Source: Eledone cirrhosa
Lineage: Eukaryota
Length of the DNA: 64,000 nucleotides
Direction of reading: 5' to 3'
NCBI GenBank assembly: GCA_964016885.1
Contig: OZ024741.1
Span: forward strand, 227,912,001 to 227,976,000
The notes beneath the pieces were generated by a model. It ran no database searches, was not told the DNA's origin, and saw nothing but the letters and a program-made list of their open reading frames with translations. A program made the position numbers and the translations under genes. Position 1 is the first letter of the stretch, and each line of letters opens with the position of its first letter. Of the stretch, positions 10,535 through 22,677 are shown in pieces.

Positions 10535-13223
10535 GGCGGAAGAACTCATGAGTGTCAACGGCTATCCAAAAGTGTGTAAATATGTATATACACATGTACC
10601 GCGCAGTTAAACCACTGGGAGTGAAGGACCCCTAGCCTTTGTCAGGGCATTCTTCTAAGAGAAGGCAACTCAGGAACTGGGATAACTCCGATATAAAACC
10701 TGCGGCTCAGTAGTTACCGATGGAGGATCAGTGGTGGAGTGAGAAGGCTGATGAGATACAAACTGCGTCAGATTCCAATAACACAAAGCTGTTGTACAGT
10801 CTCTTGCGTGAAGTTTATGGACCGTCTTCTTCTCTGGTCACACCGCTTCGCAGTAAGGATGGCAAAGAACTTCTTCGTGACTCACAAGGAATTCTACGAA
10901 GGTGGCGAGAGCACTTTGATGATCTTTTGAAGATTTCCTCAATCTCATTCCAGAAAGTCCTGTGAAAGTAGCTCTCGCAGAACCTCCGACGCTTGTGGAG
11001 GTTGCAGTGGCTATCTCGAAGCTGAACAGTGGAAGATCTCCAGGTATGGATGGCATACATGCCGAGCTCCTACAATATGGTGATGAGAGACTCCTGCAGC
11101 ATTTTCACTCTTTGTTTGACTGGATATGGGCTAATGAATCCGTACCTGAGGACTGGAGAGATGCAGTAATGGTGGTCTTGTAAAAGGGAAAGGGTAACAG
11201 GAATGGTTGTGGGAACTACAGAGGTATATCATTGCTTTCTGTCGTAGGGAAAGTTTTATGTAGGGTGCTTCTGGACCGTCTGCTGACACACATTGCAGAT
11301 TGTGTTCTTCCTGAAAGTCAATCTGGTTTTCGTGCTGGGCGCGGCACTACTGATATGATCTTCTCAGCTAGACAGCTCCAGGAGAAGTGCATGGAACAAG
11401 GTTTGGATCTGTATCAGGTTTTTGTCGATCTGACAAAAGCTTTCGATACTGTTAACAGAGATGCATTATGGAAGGTTCTAAGGAAACTTGGTTGCCCTGA
11501 TAAGTTCCTTGCTTTAGTTAGGTCTTTCCATGACGACATGAAGGCTTGGGTTAATGTCGGAGGTAACATGTCGGAGCCTATCTCAGTAAAAAATGGAGTG
11601 AAACAGGGGCATATTCCAGCACCGACCCTGTTTGCCATATATTTTGCAATGGTTTTCTGTATTGCATTCAGGAATTGCGAGCATGGTGTTTACATCCGAT
11701 AACGAACCTCAAGCAGCATATTTAACATCAGGCGCTTTGCTGCAAAGACAAAAGTATTTACATCAATTATAAGAGACCTCTTGTATGCAGATGATTGCGA
11801 TCTTGTAGCGCACACAGAGAGTGATATGCAGCACATTTTGAATGCATTTTCTGACGCTTGCACTGCCCTAGGATTGACTGTCAGTCTCAAGAAAACCGTC
11901 GTCATGTACCAACCTGCCCCTGGTAAGCAGTACACTGAACCAAATATCTATGTGTATGGTAAACGACTTGGAGTGGTTGATCAGTTTGTCTACCTGGGAA
12001 GCACTGTCAATCGATACGGCAACCTTGACAGTGAAATCTCACTTAGGATTAGGAAAGCAAGTGATGCTTTCGGAAAGCTAGAAAGGCGACTCTGGGGTCG
12101 GCGAGACATATGCAGGAGGACAAAGGTAAAGGTGTACAAATCGACACCACCTTAAGCAATTGGAGCGTTTCCATCAGATGTGTCTCAGAGGATCCATGGC
12201 GTTCACTGGAGGGACCACATCAGTGATGTCGAGATTTTGGAAAGCTCTATGTGTGACAGTATAGAAGCTCTTGTGCTTAAGCAACGACTCCGTTGGAGTG
12301 GTCACCTTGCCAGGATGAAGGATTCTAGAATACCAAAACAACTCTTTTATGGAGAGTTGGTTAAAGGAAAACGACCGCCAAATAAACCAAAAAAGAGGTA
12401 TAAGGATTCATTGAAAGCCTCTTTGAAAGAGGCTAACATCTCTGCTGATACATGGGAAAATATTGCTGCTGATCGTAATAAATGGAGAAAGACTGTATAT
12501 GAGGGAAACGTTGCCTTTGAGGCATCTCGAATCGCATACGAGAAAGTAAAGCGGGATGTGAGGAAGGGCATTGCTGTTGCACTTCCAGACGGCGAGGGTC
12601 CTCCTATGGTGCTGACATGCAGCGTCTGTGCGAGACTCTGCCTAAGCAAAGCTGGACTCGAAAGTCATCTTCGCAGTCATAAAGTAAGACCAGTGGTTGA
12701 CTACCAGGCTGCTGTTGGAGATGCTACTCATCATGCTTGCCAAACATGTGGTAGAGAATGTAAATCAGCAGGAGGGCTCAAGCGACATGCAAAAGTACAT
12801 GAACTCCAACCACAGCCGGCTATTTCCAGTGAATGTTTTGGTTGCCGACTCTGTGCAAGACATTTTAGATTATTGGCTGGGCTAAAAAGCCACATTCGAT
12901 CGCAGCGCTGTTAGTTGCTATCGTGTGTGTGTGTATAGATATGTTTATGTGTGCGCGTGTGTGTGTATATATATATGTATATGTATATTATTATTGTTGT
13001 TATTATTATTATTATTATTGTTATTAATGTATATGTGTCTGTGTATATATATGTGTGTGTATATATGTATATGTATGTGTATATATATATATATAAATAT
13101 ATATTTCTTTTTTTTTATTTTATTTTATTTTTATTTATCTATTAATATTTATTTATTTATTTATTATTTATTTTTTTCTCCTCGTGCAATGGCCATACTC
13201 GATAACGAGGGGGCAGCCATCAT
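10535..13223 (+). mobile_element. RTE-clade LINE, internally deleted (endonuclease missing)
   Basis: 5'UTR piece 10535-10715 joined directly to the post-endonuclease linker, then RT, a microsatellite-rich 3'UTR and a terminal stem-loop ctcg-ataa-cgag. Confidence 0.9.
10720..12914 (+). pseudogene. RTE reverse transcriptase with three C-terminal C2H2-type zinc fingers (stops and frameshifts)
   Basis: Motifs SPGMDGIHAE, PESQSGFRAGRGT, FVDLTKAFDTV, GVKQG, YADD, FVYLGS, RLRWSGH. Stops at 11181 and 11700. Fingers CSVCARLC..GLESHLRSH, CQTCGREC..GLKRHAKVH, CRLCARHF..GLKSHIRS. Confidence 0.9.
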
Positions 13224-13818
13224 ATATATGTATATAAGAAAGACTTCCTATCATGCACAGTGGCTACTATACACAGTATTCAATCAATATACAACTGCCA
13301 ACTGCCTGTCTTGCCATCTTTCTCATCATATAAGCCGATTACTGAATGTGCCATTCCATTATTAATATTAGTTTTAATATCTTTATGGTTTTATTGTTGT
13401 TGTTAATGTTGCTATAACTTTTGTTGTTGTTGTTTTTGTAATTATTGTTGTTTTTTTTTGTTTTTCATATTGTCCTTGTTCTTTTTTCTGGCTGTGTGAG
13501 TGTGTGTTTGTGTGAGTCGGTGCGAGTGGGTGGGTACGTTTTTGTGTGTGTATGAATGGTGTGTGTATGCGAATTATTTTATATTATATTATTTTTGCTG
13601 CTTTTTCATTTCACCGCTTTCAATCTTTTCCTTCTTTTTCTTACCAGCCCTCCCTCCTCTCTCTCTCTCTCTCTCTCTCTCTATTTTTTCTCTTTCTCTT
13701 CCCTCTATCGACCCTTCTCTCTTTCTTTTTTTATCCTTCCATCTAAGACTCATCTAATCAAACGCCCTTTTTTATCATCACAACCACCACGACAAATATC
13801 ATCACCATTATCAGCAGT

Positions 13819-14008
13819 CGCGGTGGATTGGCAGTATCGGTAGATGGTCGGACACCATGCTTTCCAGCATAGTTACGTCCCTTTACGATCTGAGTTCAAA
13901 TCCCGCCGAGGTTGACTTTGCTTTTCATCCTTAAGGGGTCGATAAAATAAAGTACCAGTAATACATTGGGACAATTGCTGGCCTTGTGCCAAATGTAGAA
14001 ACAATTAT
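13819..14008 (+). mobile_element. tRNA-derived SINE
   Basis: Matches the SINE consensus. Confidence 0.9.
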
Positions 14009-14040
14009 TATCATCATCATCATCATCATCACCGTGATTA

Positions 14041-14074
<34 letters not shown>

Positions 14075-14118
14075 AAGCTGCTGCTGCTGTTACAATTACT
14101 GCTATTAGTGCCGCCCCG

Positions 14119-14194
<76 letters not shown>

Positions 14195-14517
14195 ACTACG
14201 GCCCCGTCCCTTCTACTATACATTGTGTTCTGCATAAATATTTATACTTATACAGAGATATGCAAATAATTATAGTAATTCCTTACATTGGCACCATGCC
14301 ATACATTTTGGTGGGAAGCATGTAATAAATTATATCAACCCCAATACACAATTAGAAGTTGATTCCCAAGGAAAATGAACGGAGCAGCTGGCCCTAACAG
14401 TGTTTGAACTCACAACTCAAGGGACATAACTAAACACTTCATGCCATTTTGCTCGGGACGTTATTGATTCTTTCATCCATCGACTAGTCTGTGGGTTTCA
14501 AAACAACCATAATAATG

Positions 14518-14702
14518 ATTTGGCAGTATCAGTAGAGGGTCGGACACCATAATTTGCAACATAGAGTTACGGCCCTTTATGGTCTGAGTTCAAATCCCGC
14601 CGAGGTTAACTTTGCCTTTCATCCTTACGGGGTCGATAAACTAAAGTGCCAGTAATATACTGGTATAACTGTTGGCCTTGTACCCAAAGTAGTAACAATT
14701 AT
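14518..14702 (+). mobile_element. tRNA-derived SINE
   Basis: Matches the SINE consensus. Confidence 0.9.
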
Positions 14703-14739
14703 TTCCTATTAGCCATACAGGGCTCACATTAAGAACACA

Positions 14740-15720
14740 TTAAGAACGACACTAAACGGTACAGGGCAATACAGTGATGGTTTTTGTGAGTAAGAAATAA
14801 TTACAAAAACAGAGAAACATAAAATTTCCATCAAAACTAAATTTGCCAATAAGGGGAAAATTTCTGAGGTTCGCTTGTGGAGAAAGCCCACAAAAAGCCA
14901 CGGCTACTCTGATCGCTTGGGCAAGTGCCTCCTCTCAGTTGACCTCCAATTTACAGGCGCATACTCAGATGAGACCCATTCATCGAGCCATGTCCGCCAT
15001 TCTCATCCACCTTTCAGCAAATTGCTTTGAATGTAGAACTTACTTCTTTAACCTGATTTTTTTTTCTCTTCAAATGAAACCTAAAAAAGTTAATCAGGGC
15101 TTAATCAGAGATTTGCCGAAGAGGAAAGTGCTTGTCTTCAAGCCTTTCAAACACACCCACTATGCGACCTCTTTCACCAAGTTCAACAGGCAGATAAAAA
15201 CTGCCTGTTCTTCTCCTCTAAAGGAAGATGGTGGGACGATCTTTACGATGGACTCGGCTGGTCGCTGTATCAGTTCTACATGTCGCATCAGATGTTCAAC
15301 ATAAACCCTCAAGTCAACAATACTCGGACAATCGAATAGTGTGTGCAGGAAGGTTTCATCGCCTTGTGCGCATCTCAGACAGGTCCGGTTCAAACTGGCA
15401 ATGTTCTTCGGTAGCACTACCAGGCCAGGCATTTCTGCAAATTATCCATGGGCCCTGGACAGAAATTCCCCTGGAAAAGCGTGGCTAGTTAATTATCGTC
15501 GATACCTAGAGTCCCCACACCACCCACGAAGGTAATCGCTTTTACCCGCCACTAACCCTCATAAGAACGCCAGTGTGGAGTTTTGAACGACCATACAGAG
15601 ATGTAAAGGCTTAACGATATTTCAGTTTCTGACCACACCCTCTCGGTCTTCGATGAGCTGGAAAGTTTCCAGTCCGAAGGTTCTGCGAAAAGCCTGGCCA
15701 ATTGACTTCTGTCGTTTCTA
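14740..15720 (-). pseudogene. Tx1/L1-like LINE ORF2 C-terminal fragment (zf-RVT-type motif) with 3'UTR
   Basis: RTCLRCAQGDETFLHTLFDCP (CX2CX7HX4C) in ORF 15160-15432, disrupted. Confidence 0.6.
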
Positions 15721-17984
15721 CCATTTTTGAAACTTTCTCGCGTTAAGTAATATTTCATGGTGATAAAGTACGCCATCATTACAGGTATGGTATACTTTAA
15801 TTATTTTATTCAACCAAACATTAGTCCATGCAAACACAACAGCCTGAATAACCGAAAGGTGAAATGTGCTATCTGATAAAACCCAGCTTAGCAAATATAC
15901 CAGTAAAACACACCAATCAAACCTCACTCAACTACCTTTATTTTAGTTTTTAACGAAAGCAAAGAAAAGTGAATGCTTCTTTTGTCAATAGATAGTGTTT
16001 CGTTAATAACCCATTTGGAAGTGACATTCCAAAAGTTCGAGAAATTTATGAAATTAAATAGTTACAATCAGATAATCATATGTTAGTAAAGAGAGGGGTT
16101 GTTTAGAGTCTCTGGTAAACATTACAAAAAAAGCTGATTTCGTATTAATTGCTGGTTAAAATATCTAAAATTGTGAGTTATAAATGTATGCGTAGATAGT
16201 GGAAGAGAGAGGTGGCGGGGGGGGGGGGGGGGTTTAGAAAAGTAGGCAAAAGATTAGAAAGAATAAACGATACCGATTAACTGTTATATTATCTCTAAAA
16301 TGGCACGGTGTGAGTTGAAAGAGCTTTGGTTGCTATTTCTAGCAGGTCAAGCAGGTACTTAAACTTAAAATCTCCGCGGTTGAGTCGAAGGTCAATCAGC
16401 TTATGCGATGGCGTTCTCCAGAGACTCACCCCTATCAACGACGAACTGTTTGGTAAGTTATGAATATGGTGACAGGTTTATTGGGTTAGCTTGTGTGATT
16501 GAGTGTATATTTTTGCGTATTTGAGTGTGTTTGTGTTTGTATGTGTGTGTGTGCGCGCGTGTGTGTATGTATGTGTATGTGTGTGTGCGTGTGAGTGTGT
16601 GTGTGTGTGTGAGTGAGTGTGTGTATATGACGGTGCGGTCTACTAGTAAATATTGAATATAGTGAGGAAAAGTGAAATAAAAAATGTCCACCGCTTTATT
16701 CTCAGGAGTATGACACATATATTACATGTGACAAAATACAGATATTATGGTGTGACACATATATTATATATTGTACTTTAACAGTATATTAATGTATCTC
16801 TCACTAAGTCACTTGGGTGATGTCCACATTACAAATGTCGACATTAACACTTTCTCTGGCAGTTGATTTCATTATTTAGGACATTTTAACTATCAGCCTG
16901 GCCATTCATTTGACATATTTTCCGCCATTTTCTCCCTTTCCATACGATTTTTGTTTTATTTTGGCTGCTGATGCTGCTGTTGTTGCTGTCGTAGGTGTAA
17001 TTGCAGCTAGTGTTTTTATTGTTATTGATTTTGTTGTTGTTCTTGCTGCTGTTATTGTTGTAACACTTCGGTTTGCTTAATTTTTCTTATTTCTTTTGTG
17101 ATTAATTTTTCATATTTTTTTTTCAGTTTTTTTTTAATGAGTTTCAGTACAATTCATTTTTTAAATATAATGATCATAAATATTCTTGTTTTTATGTTGA
17201 TGTTGATTTTGCTGCTGTTGTTGCTCTTACTGTTGCAACTTTTACTGTTGTTATTTCTGTTTATCCTCTAGTCAACTTGCATCAAGTTGATATACGGTCA
17301 CAGCGTTCTGGCCATGACAATCCATACTATACCCAGAAATTGTATCTATGACTACGTTGGACAGTGTATCTTTTCCCTTTTTAAGATTTTTTAGTTTGAT
17401 TTGTTTTGGCTACTATTTCTAGCAAGTTAAAGAAACATCACTTCAGCTGCTGCTGTTGTGGTTTGGGGGTGTTGTGGAGGCGGTAGAGTGTGGAAGGAAT
17501 GTTATCAATGTTAATAATCCAACCCATGCTACCGTGGACGTTAAACGATGATGATGATGATGACGATGATGCTATTAACTAAATTTATAAACTCAGACTA
17601 GTCTGACTGGCTCAGAAGTTTATTTCACACTCTTGAGAGACAACGTTCGATCCCACGGCGTCCCATTTATAAAAGTACTCCAGTATATCAATATAGTAAT
17701 GAATACATGTGTGTGTTAGTTCTCTCATCTATAACATTAGTGTGTGTGTGTGTGTGTACCCTATGGTCAATGCTGTTCCATTACAAACCATAACTCTCCC
17801 TATTTTATATATACTAGAAAAATCTAAAAGCAATAAATAATACATTGGATAATGTAGTCCAGGATTTTGCTAAGACGTGTAGATGGTCATGAATGGATTG
17901 CCTTTAATAATAGGTTTGTTCAATCAGTGTTGATTGAATCATTAAACAACTTTTTCGGACTCGCCTAATTCACCCCCCTAATAA

Positions 17985-18335
17985 TGATTTCTAGTATAGG
18001 CACAAGGCCTGTAATTTGGCGGGAGGGGAAAGTCGATTAAATCGTTACTGGTACTTTATTTTAACGAACCCGTAAGGATGAAAGGCAAAGTTAACCTCGG
18101 TGAGATTTGAACTCAGACCGCAAAAGTCTGTAACTCTATGCTGAAAAGCATGGTCTCTGACTCTCTACCGATACTTCCAATCCACTGCCCTTCACCTCCC
18201 TAATAATGGTTTCTGATTTAGGTACAAGGTCACAATTTTGGAGGCGGGTAAAGTTGATTAAATCGACCCCAGTGCATTATCAACCTTGTAAGGATGAGAG
18301 GCAAACCTAACCGCGGAGGGATTTGAACTCAGACG
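17985..18335 (-). mobile_element. two tRNA-derived SINEs (one partial)
   Basis: Reverse complement of the SINE consensus. Confidence 0.85.
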
Positions 18336-18349
18336 TAAAAGGCTAGCAC

Positions 18350-18610
18350 CATCCGGCGGCCTCAGCCGAAAAGGACTCAACAATTGATCTCCACGTGGGT
18401 CTGGCGTTCATTGCCGTTGCCAAGTCCTGGATTTCAGTAGCAGAATCTCTACAGATGACATCGGGATAGGAGAGCTTGTGCTCGCTGTTATTAGTGACTG
18501 CTTGTGATTTTTATATATGCCGGTCTCCCACGTATATCTGTCGTTGTACGTAAAAGGAGAGTAAGATTTGCTTGCCATTGCCATCGTGCCACCTATGAGG
18601 CTGTGTCCCC
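18350..18610 (-). mobile_element. RTE/RTEX-like LINE 3'-end fragment
   Basis: Minus-strand translation KLSYPDVICRDSATEIQDLATAMNARPTWRSIV resembles RTE-group C-termini. Confidence 0.5.
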
Positions 18611-18990
18611 ATTAGTGCTTTGAAAACTATAAAAGGCCATAACTGTTAAGCATTTTGTCCGGCTATCTAATTATTCTGCCAATACCCTTTCCTTCACGCA
18701 TCTCTCATAATACAATGTTACTGAAAGAAAATGCAAGACCGATATAAATTATATGTTGTAATAGGTTTGATGTGATACACAGATAGGGAAAACACAGCTC
18801 TTGTTCAACACACAATTTCACCAATCCACCACCCGGAAAAATTAGGGGAAAGTTTGACTTCGGCAGGATTTGAACTTAGAGCAGATAAAATAATAAGAAA
18901 TAGCGTCAGACACTTTATGCGACTTTCCAAATGATTCTACCATTTCCCATTCGCACGCGCATTTTTGCATGCCATGCATATTTATGTGTG

Positions 18991-19106
<116 letters not shown>

Positions 19107-19655
19107 GAGAAGAAAGAAGAATACTGCGTGGTTGCACATGGGTTACATATGATAAAAATAGTCCTTCGTCAGTGATTTCCCAACCATCATTGGTATTTCA
19201 TCGCATTAAAAATCATATACCTCAGGTTGGTGCGAGCAATAACTAAAAAAAGTTATTGGGACCAGTAAATCACGTAAAGTGAGGGGGACAAGTGAACAAC
19301 TTAGAAGGATAAAAGCCAACCAAAGAAAGGAAAAAAACAAGCAACATGGTAGTCCTGGTCAGCATAAGCTGTGTGGATTTCATGAGCAAAAGGTACAGAC
19401 GTCCGACGTGAGTGAGATGTAAGCAAGAAGAGACCCACTGAAAGCCAAACGGGAGGAAGTGAGAAGGGAAGAAACAGAGAGTGAGTGAGTGGAAGTGCGA
19501 GGAAGCGGTCAGTCGAGAGAAAGTGTAACTGGCAGAGGGGGCGAAAGAAGGTGAGAGAAACAGAGAGAACGGGGAAGCAGTAAGAGAGAAACAGGCAAAC
19601 GCAGCCGAGTTAAATATATATAAAAAAACATGAGAAGAAAGAAGAATACTGCGTG

Positions 19656-19703
<48 letters not shown>

Positions 19704-19835
19704 ACATACACACACATTGACTTACCCACGCACACACACATACACATACAAACATACATATATATATGTGTGTGTGTGTGTGTGTGTTTGTGTGTGTACA
19801 TACATACATACACATACCTAGTTAAATATTTAGTC

Positions 19836-19873
<38 letters not shown>

Positions 19874-20241
19874 ATATTTATTTATTGAAGCAAGATACAG
19901 CTCGAAAGCAAAAAGTTAAAGTAGATGAAAAAGAGGAGGGGGAAGCTAAACACACGATAAGAAGGAATTTGGCATAACGGCGTCTTTGAATCATAAACTG
20001 AAAGTCATTTTTGAAATTCTTTAGCAATTCTACGTTTGAGGTCGAAAGTGTCTCATTTCTCTTTGAAATAACAACAACCAACAACAACAACAACAACTTC
20101 AACAACAACATTTCTTTTCAGACCTATCCCTTTCTCTCTCTCTTTCGGTATCCCCTTCACTCCCCCCTCTCCCTCTCCGTATCAATGCTATAGATCTTGC
20201 CCGTTTTTGTTTGTAATACTTCTAATTAATATTCACTCCAA

Positions 20242-21550
20242 GGGCGGTGGATTGGCAGTATCGGTAGAGAGCCGGACGCCATGCTTTGCAGCATAGAGTT
20301 ACGGCCCTTTATGATCTGAGTTCAAATCCTTCCGAGGTTAACTTTTCCTTTCATCCTTACGGGGTCGATAAAATAAAGTACCAGTCACGCACTGGAGTCG
20401 ATTTAATCGACTTTCCCCTCCCCCAAAATTGCTGGCCTTGAATAAGAAACAATTAATATTCACTCCTTCAATTTAATTCTCCCTAAGTGCGTGCATAAAC
20501 TCTCTCATTCTCATTCTCTTTCACACACACACACGCGCACACACACGCTCTCTCACACACACACACGGACAAACAAATAAATACAAACGCATATATATGA
20601 AAAGAGAGAGTGGATAAATAAACCACGAAAGACCAAATTTGAAGTCACAGTAAGCCGAATATAAATAACAAATTTTACTCTACATGTATTGTGTCTTCCA
20701 CTAGTAAATGCTTCTGGGCAGTATTGGTAGAGGGTCGGACACCATGCTTTCTAGCATAGAGTTACGCCCCTTTATGGTCTGAGTTCAAATCCCGCCAAGG
20801 TTAACTTTGCCTTTCTTCCTTACGGGGTCGATTAAATAACGTACCAGTAATGTACTGGAATAACTGGTGGCCTTGTGCCAAAAGTAGAAACAATTATTCA
20901 TAAATATAAAGCGTGGTTGAATGGCAGTATCGGTAGAGAGTCGGACATAAAGCTTTGCAGCATAGAGAAACGGCCCTTTACGATCTGAGTTCAAATCCCG
21001 CCGTGGTTAACTTTGCCTTTCATCCTTACAGGGTCGATAAAATCAAGCACCAGTAAAGCAGTGGGGTCGATTTAATCGACTGTCCCCTCCGCCAAAATTT
21101 CTAGCCTTGTGCCTATGGTAGAAATTGTTATTTAGAAATATAATGGGTGGTGGTTTGGCAGTATCGGTAGAGCATCGGACACCATGCTTTGCAACATAGA
21201 GTTATGAACCTTTACGTTCTGAGTTCAAATCCCGCTCAGGTTAGCTTTGCCTTTCTTCCTTACGAAGTCGATAAAATAAAGCACCAGTAATGCAATCGGG
21301 TCGATTTAATCGACTATCCCCTCACCCCAAAATCTTGGATTGGTAGTATCGGTAGAGCGACCGACAACATGCATTGCGTCATAGAGTTACGGCCCTATAT
21401 TTCTGAGTTCTAAATCCTGCCGAAGTTAGTTTTGGTTTTTCATCCTTACGGGGTTGATAAAATAAGTACCAGTAACGTACTCGAGTTAGTTGAACTAATC
21501 GACTTTCCCAGTCCCCGAAATTGTTGTGGGCTTGGGCATAAATCAGAAGC
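20242..21550 (+). mobile_element. SINE cluster: 20242-20452, then four closely spaced same-strand copies in 20717-21550
   Basis: Repeated A and B boxes and SINE body. Confidence 0.9.
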
Positions 21551-21606
21551 CCTTATTTATAAATATATAATTTTAAGAACACCAATCTATCTTATTTCTC
21601 ATTCTT

Positions 21607-21642
21607 TCTTCTGATGAAGGACTAGCGTCCGAAACGTTAAGA
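21607..21642 (+). ncRNA. minimal type I hammerhead ribozyme
   Basis: tctt-CTGATGA-a-ggac tagc gtcc-GAAA-cg-TT-aaga. Palindromic minimal stem III as described for PLE HHRs. Confidence 0.7.
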
Positions 21643-22227
21643 CCCTCTTCCTGCTATATCAAGCGTTAACCTAATATATTCCTTCCATATACTGTACTGA
21701 TTGTGTTGTTATTTCTGTTTACATTTTACACACACATAAATATATATATATATGTGTGTGTGCGTTTGTGTGTGTGTGTGTCTGTGTGTGTCTGTGTGTG
21801 TATGATTTTAAAAGCCACTGTACACAAAATCTTCCAACATTAACTGAGTAAGCACTCAATACATGTGAGCAGATGCTAAGGGAGATAACTAATAATATCA
21901 GTCAATGGAAGTTTTTGGAAAATGTAAATTTTCCAGCTGCGAGAATACCTTAGATTTAATGGTGGTAATGGTGGTGGTGATGGTAGTAGTGGTGGCGGTG
22001 GCAGTGGTAGTGGTGGTAGTGGGCTTTGTGTGGAGCTGGTAAGGAGTGCCATAGATTTGATGAAATGAAATCGTGTGAATGTTTGGATACGAGCAAATGT
22101 AAGTAGCCTGCAGGAATGATGGGTAGAAGAAAATAAGAAAGCACTAATTTTATTGAAATTTAAATGAGAACCAGGATGTTAGGAAGGGAAATGTAGGTAG
22201 ATACTATAAATCACGAATATGACTTAA

Positions 22228-22675
22228 TGATTTCTTATATAGGCACAAGGTCAGCAATTTGGGGGGAGGGGAAAGTCGATTAGATCGACCCCAGTGCGTA
22301 ACTGGTACTTTATTTTATCGACCCCGTAAGGATGAAAGGCAAAGTTAACCTCGGTGGTATTTGAACTCAGAATGGCAAGGGCTGTAACTCTATGCCGCAA
22401 AGCATGGTGTCCGAGCCTCTACCGATACTGCCAATCCCCCGCCCTTAATAATAATAATAATAATGGTTTCTTATATAGGCACAAGGCCAGCAATTTTGGG
22501 GGGAGAGGAAAGTCGATATAATCGACCCAGTACGTGACTGGTACTTTATTTTATCGACCCCGTAAGGATGAAAGGCAAAGTTAACCTCGGCGAGATTTGA
22601 ACTCAGAACGGCAAGGGCTGTAACTCTATGACACAAAGCATGGCGTCCGACCCTCTACCGATACTGCCAATCCCA
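22228..22675 (-). mobile_element. two tandem tRNA-derived SINEs
   Basis: Reverse complement of the consensus at 22228-22443 and 22465-22675. Confidence 0.9.
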
Positions 22676-22677
22676 CG

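Noticed and set aside
15552-15790. Host exon with a CAG|GTATGG donor at ~15784
   Set aside because: The plus-strand frames I checked contain stops. The region is better explained as part of the adjacent minus-strand LINE fragment
16300-17940. Scattered fragments with tttggytrctatttctagca (16325, 17405, inverted at 61770)
   Set aside because: Probably an old dispersed repeat, but too degraded to define ends or class
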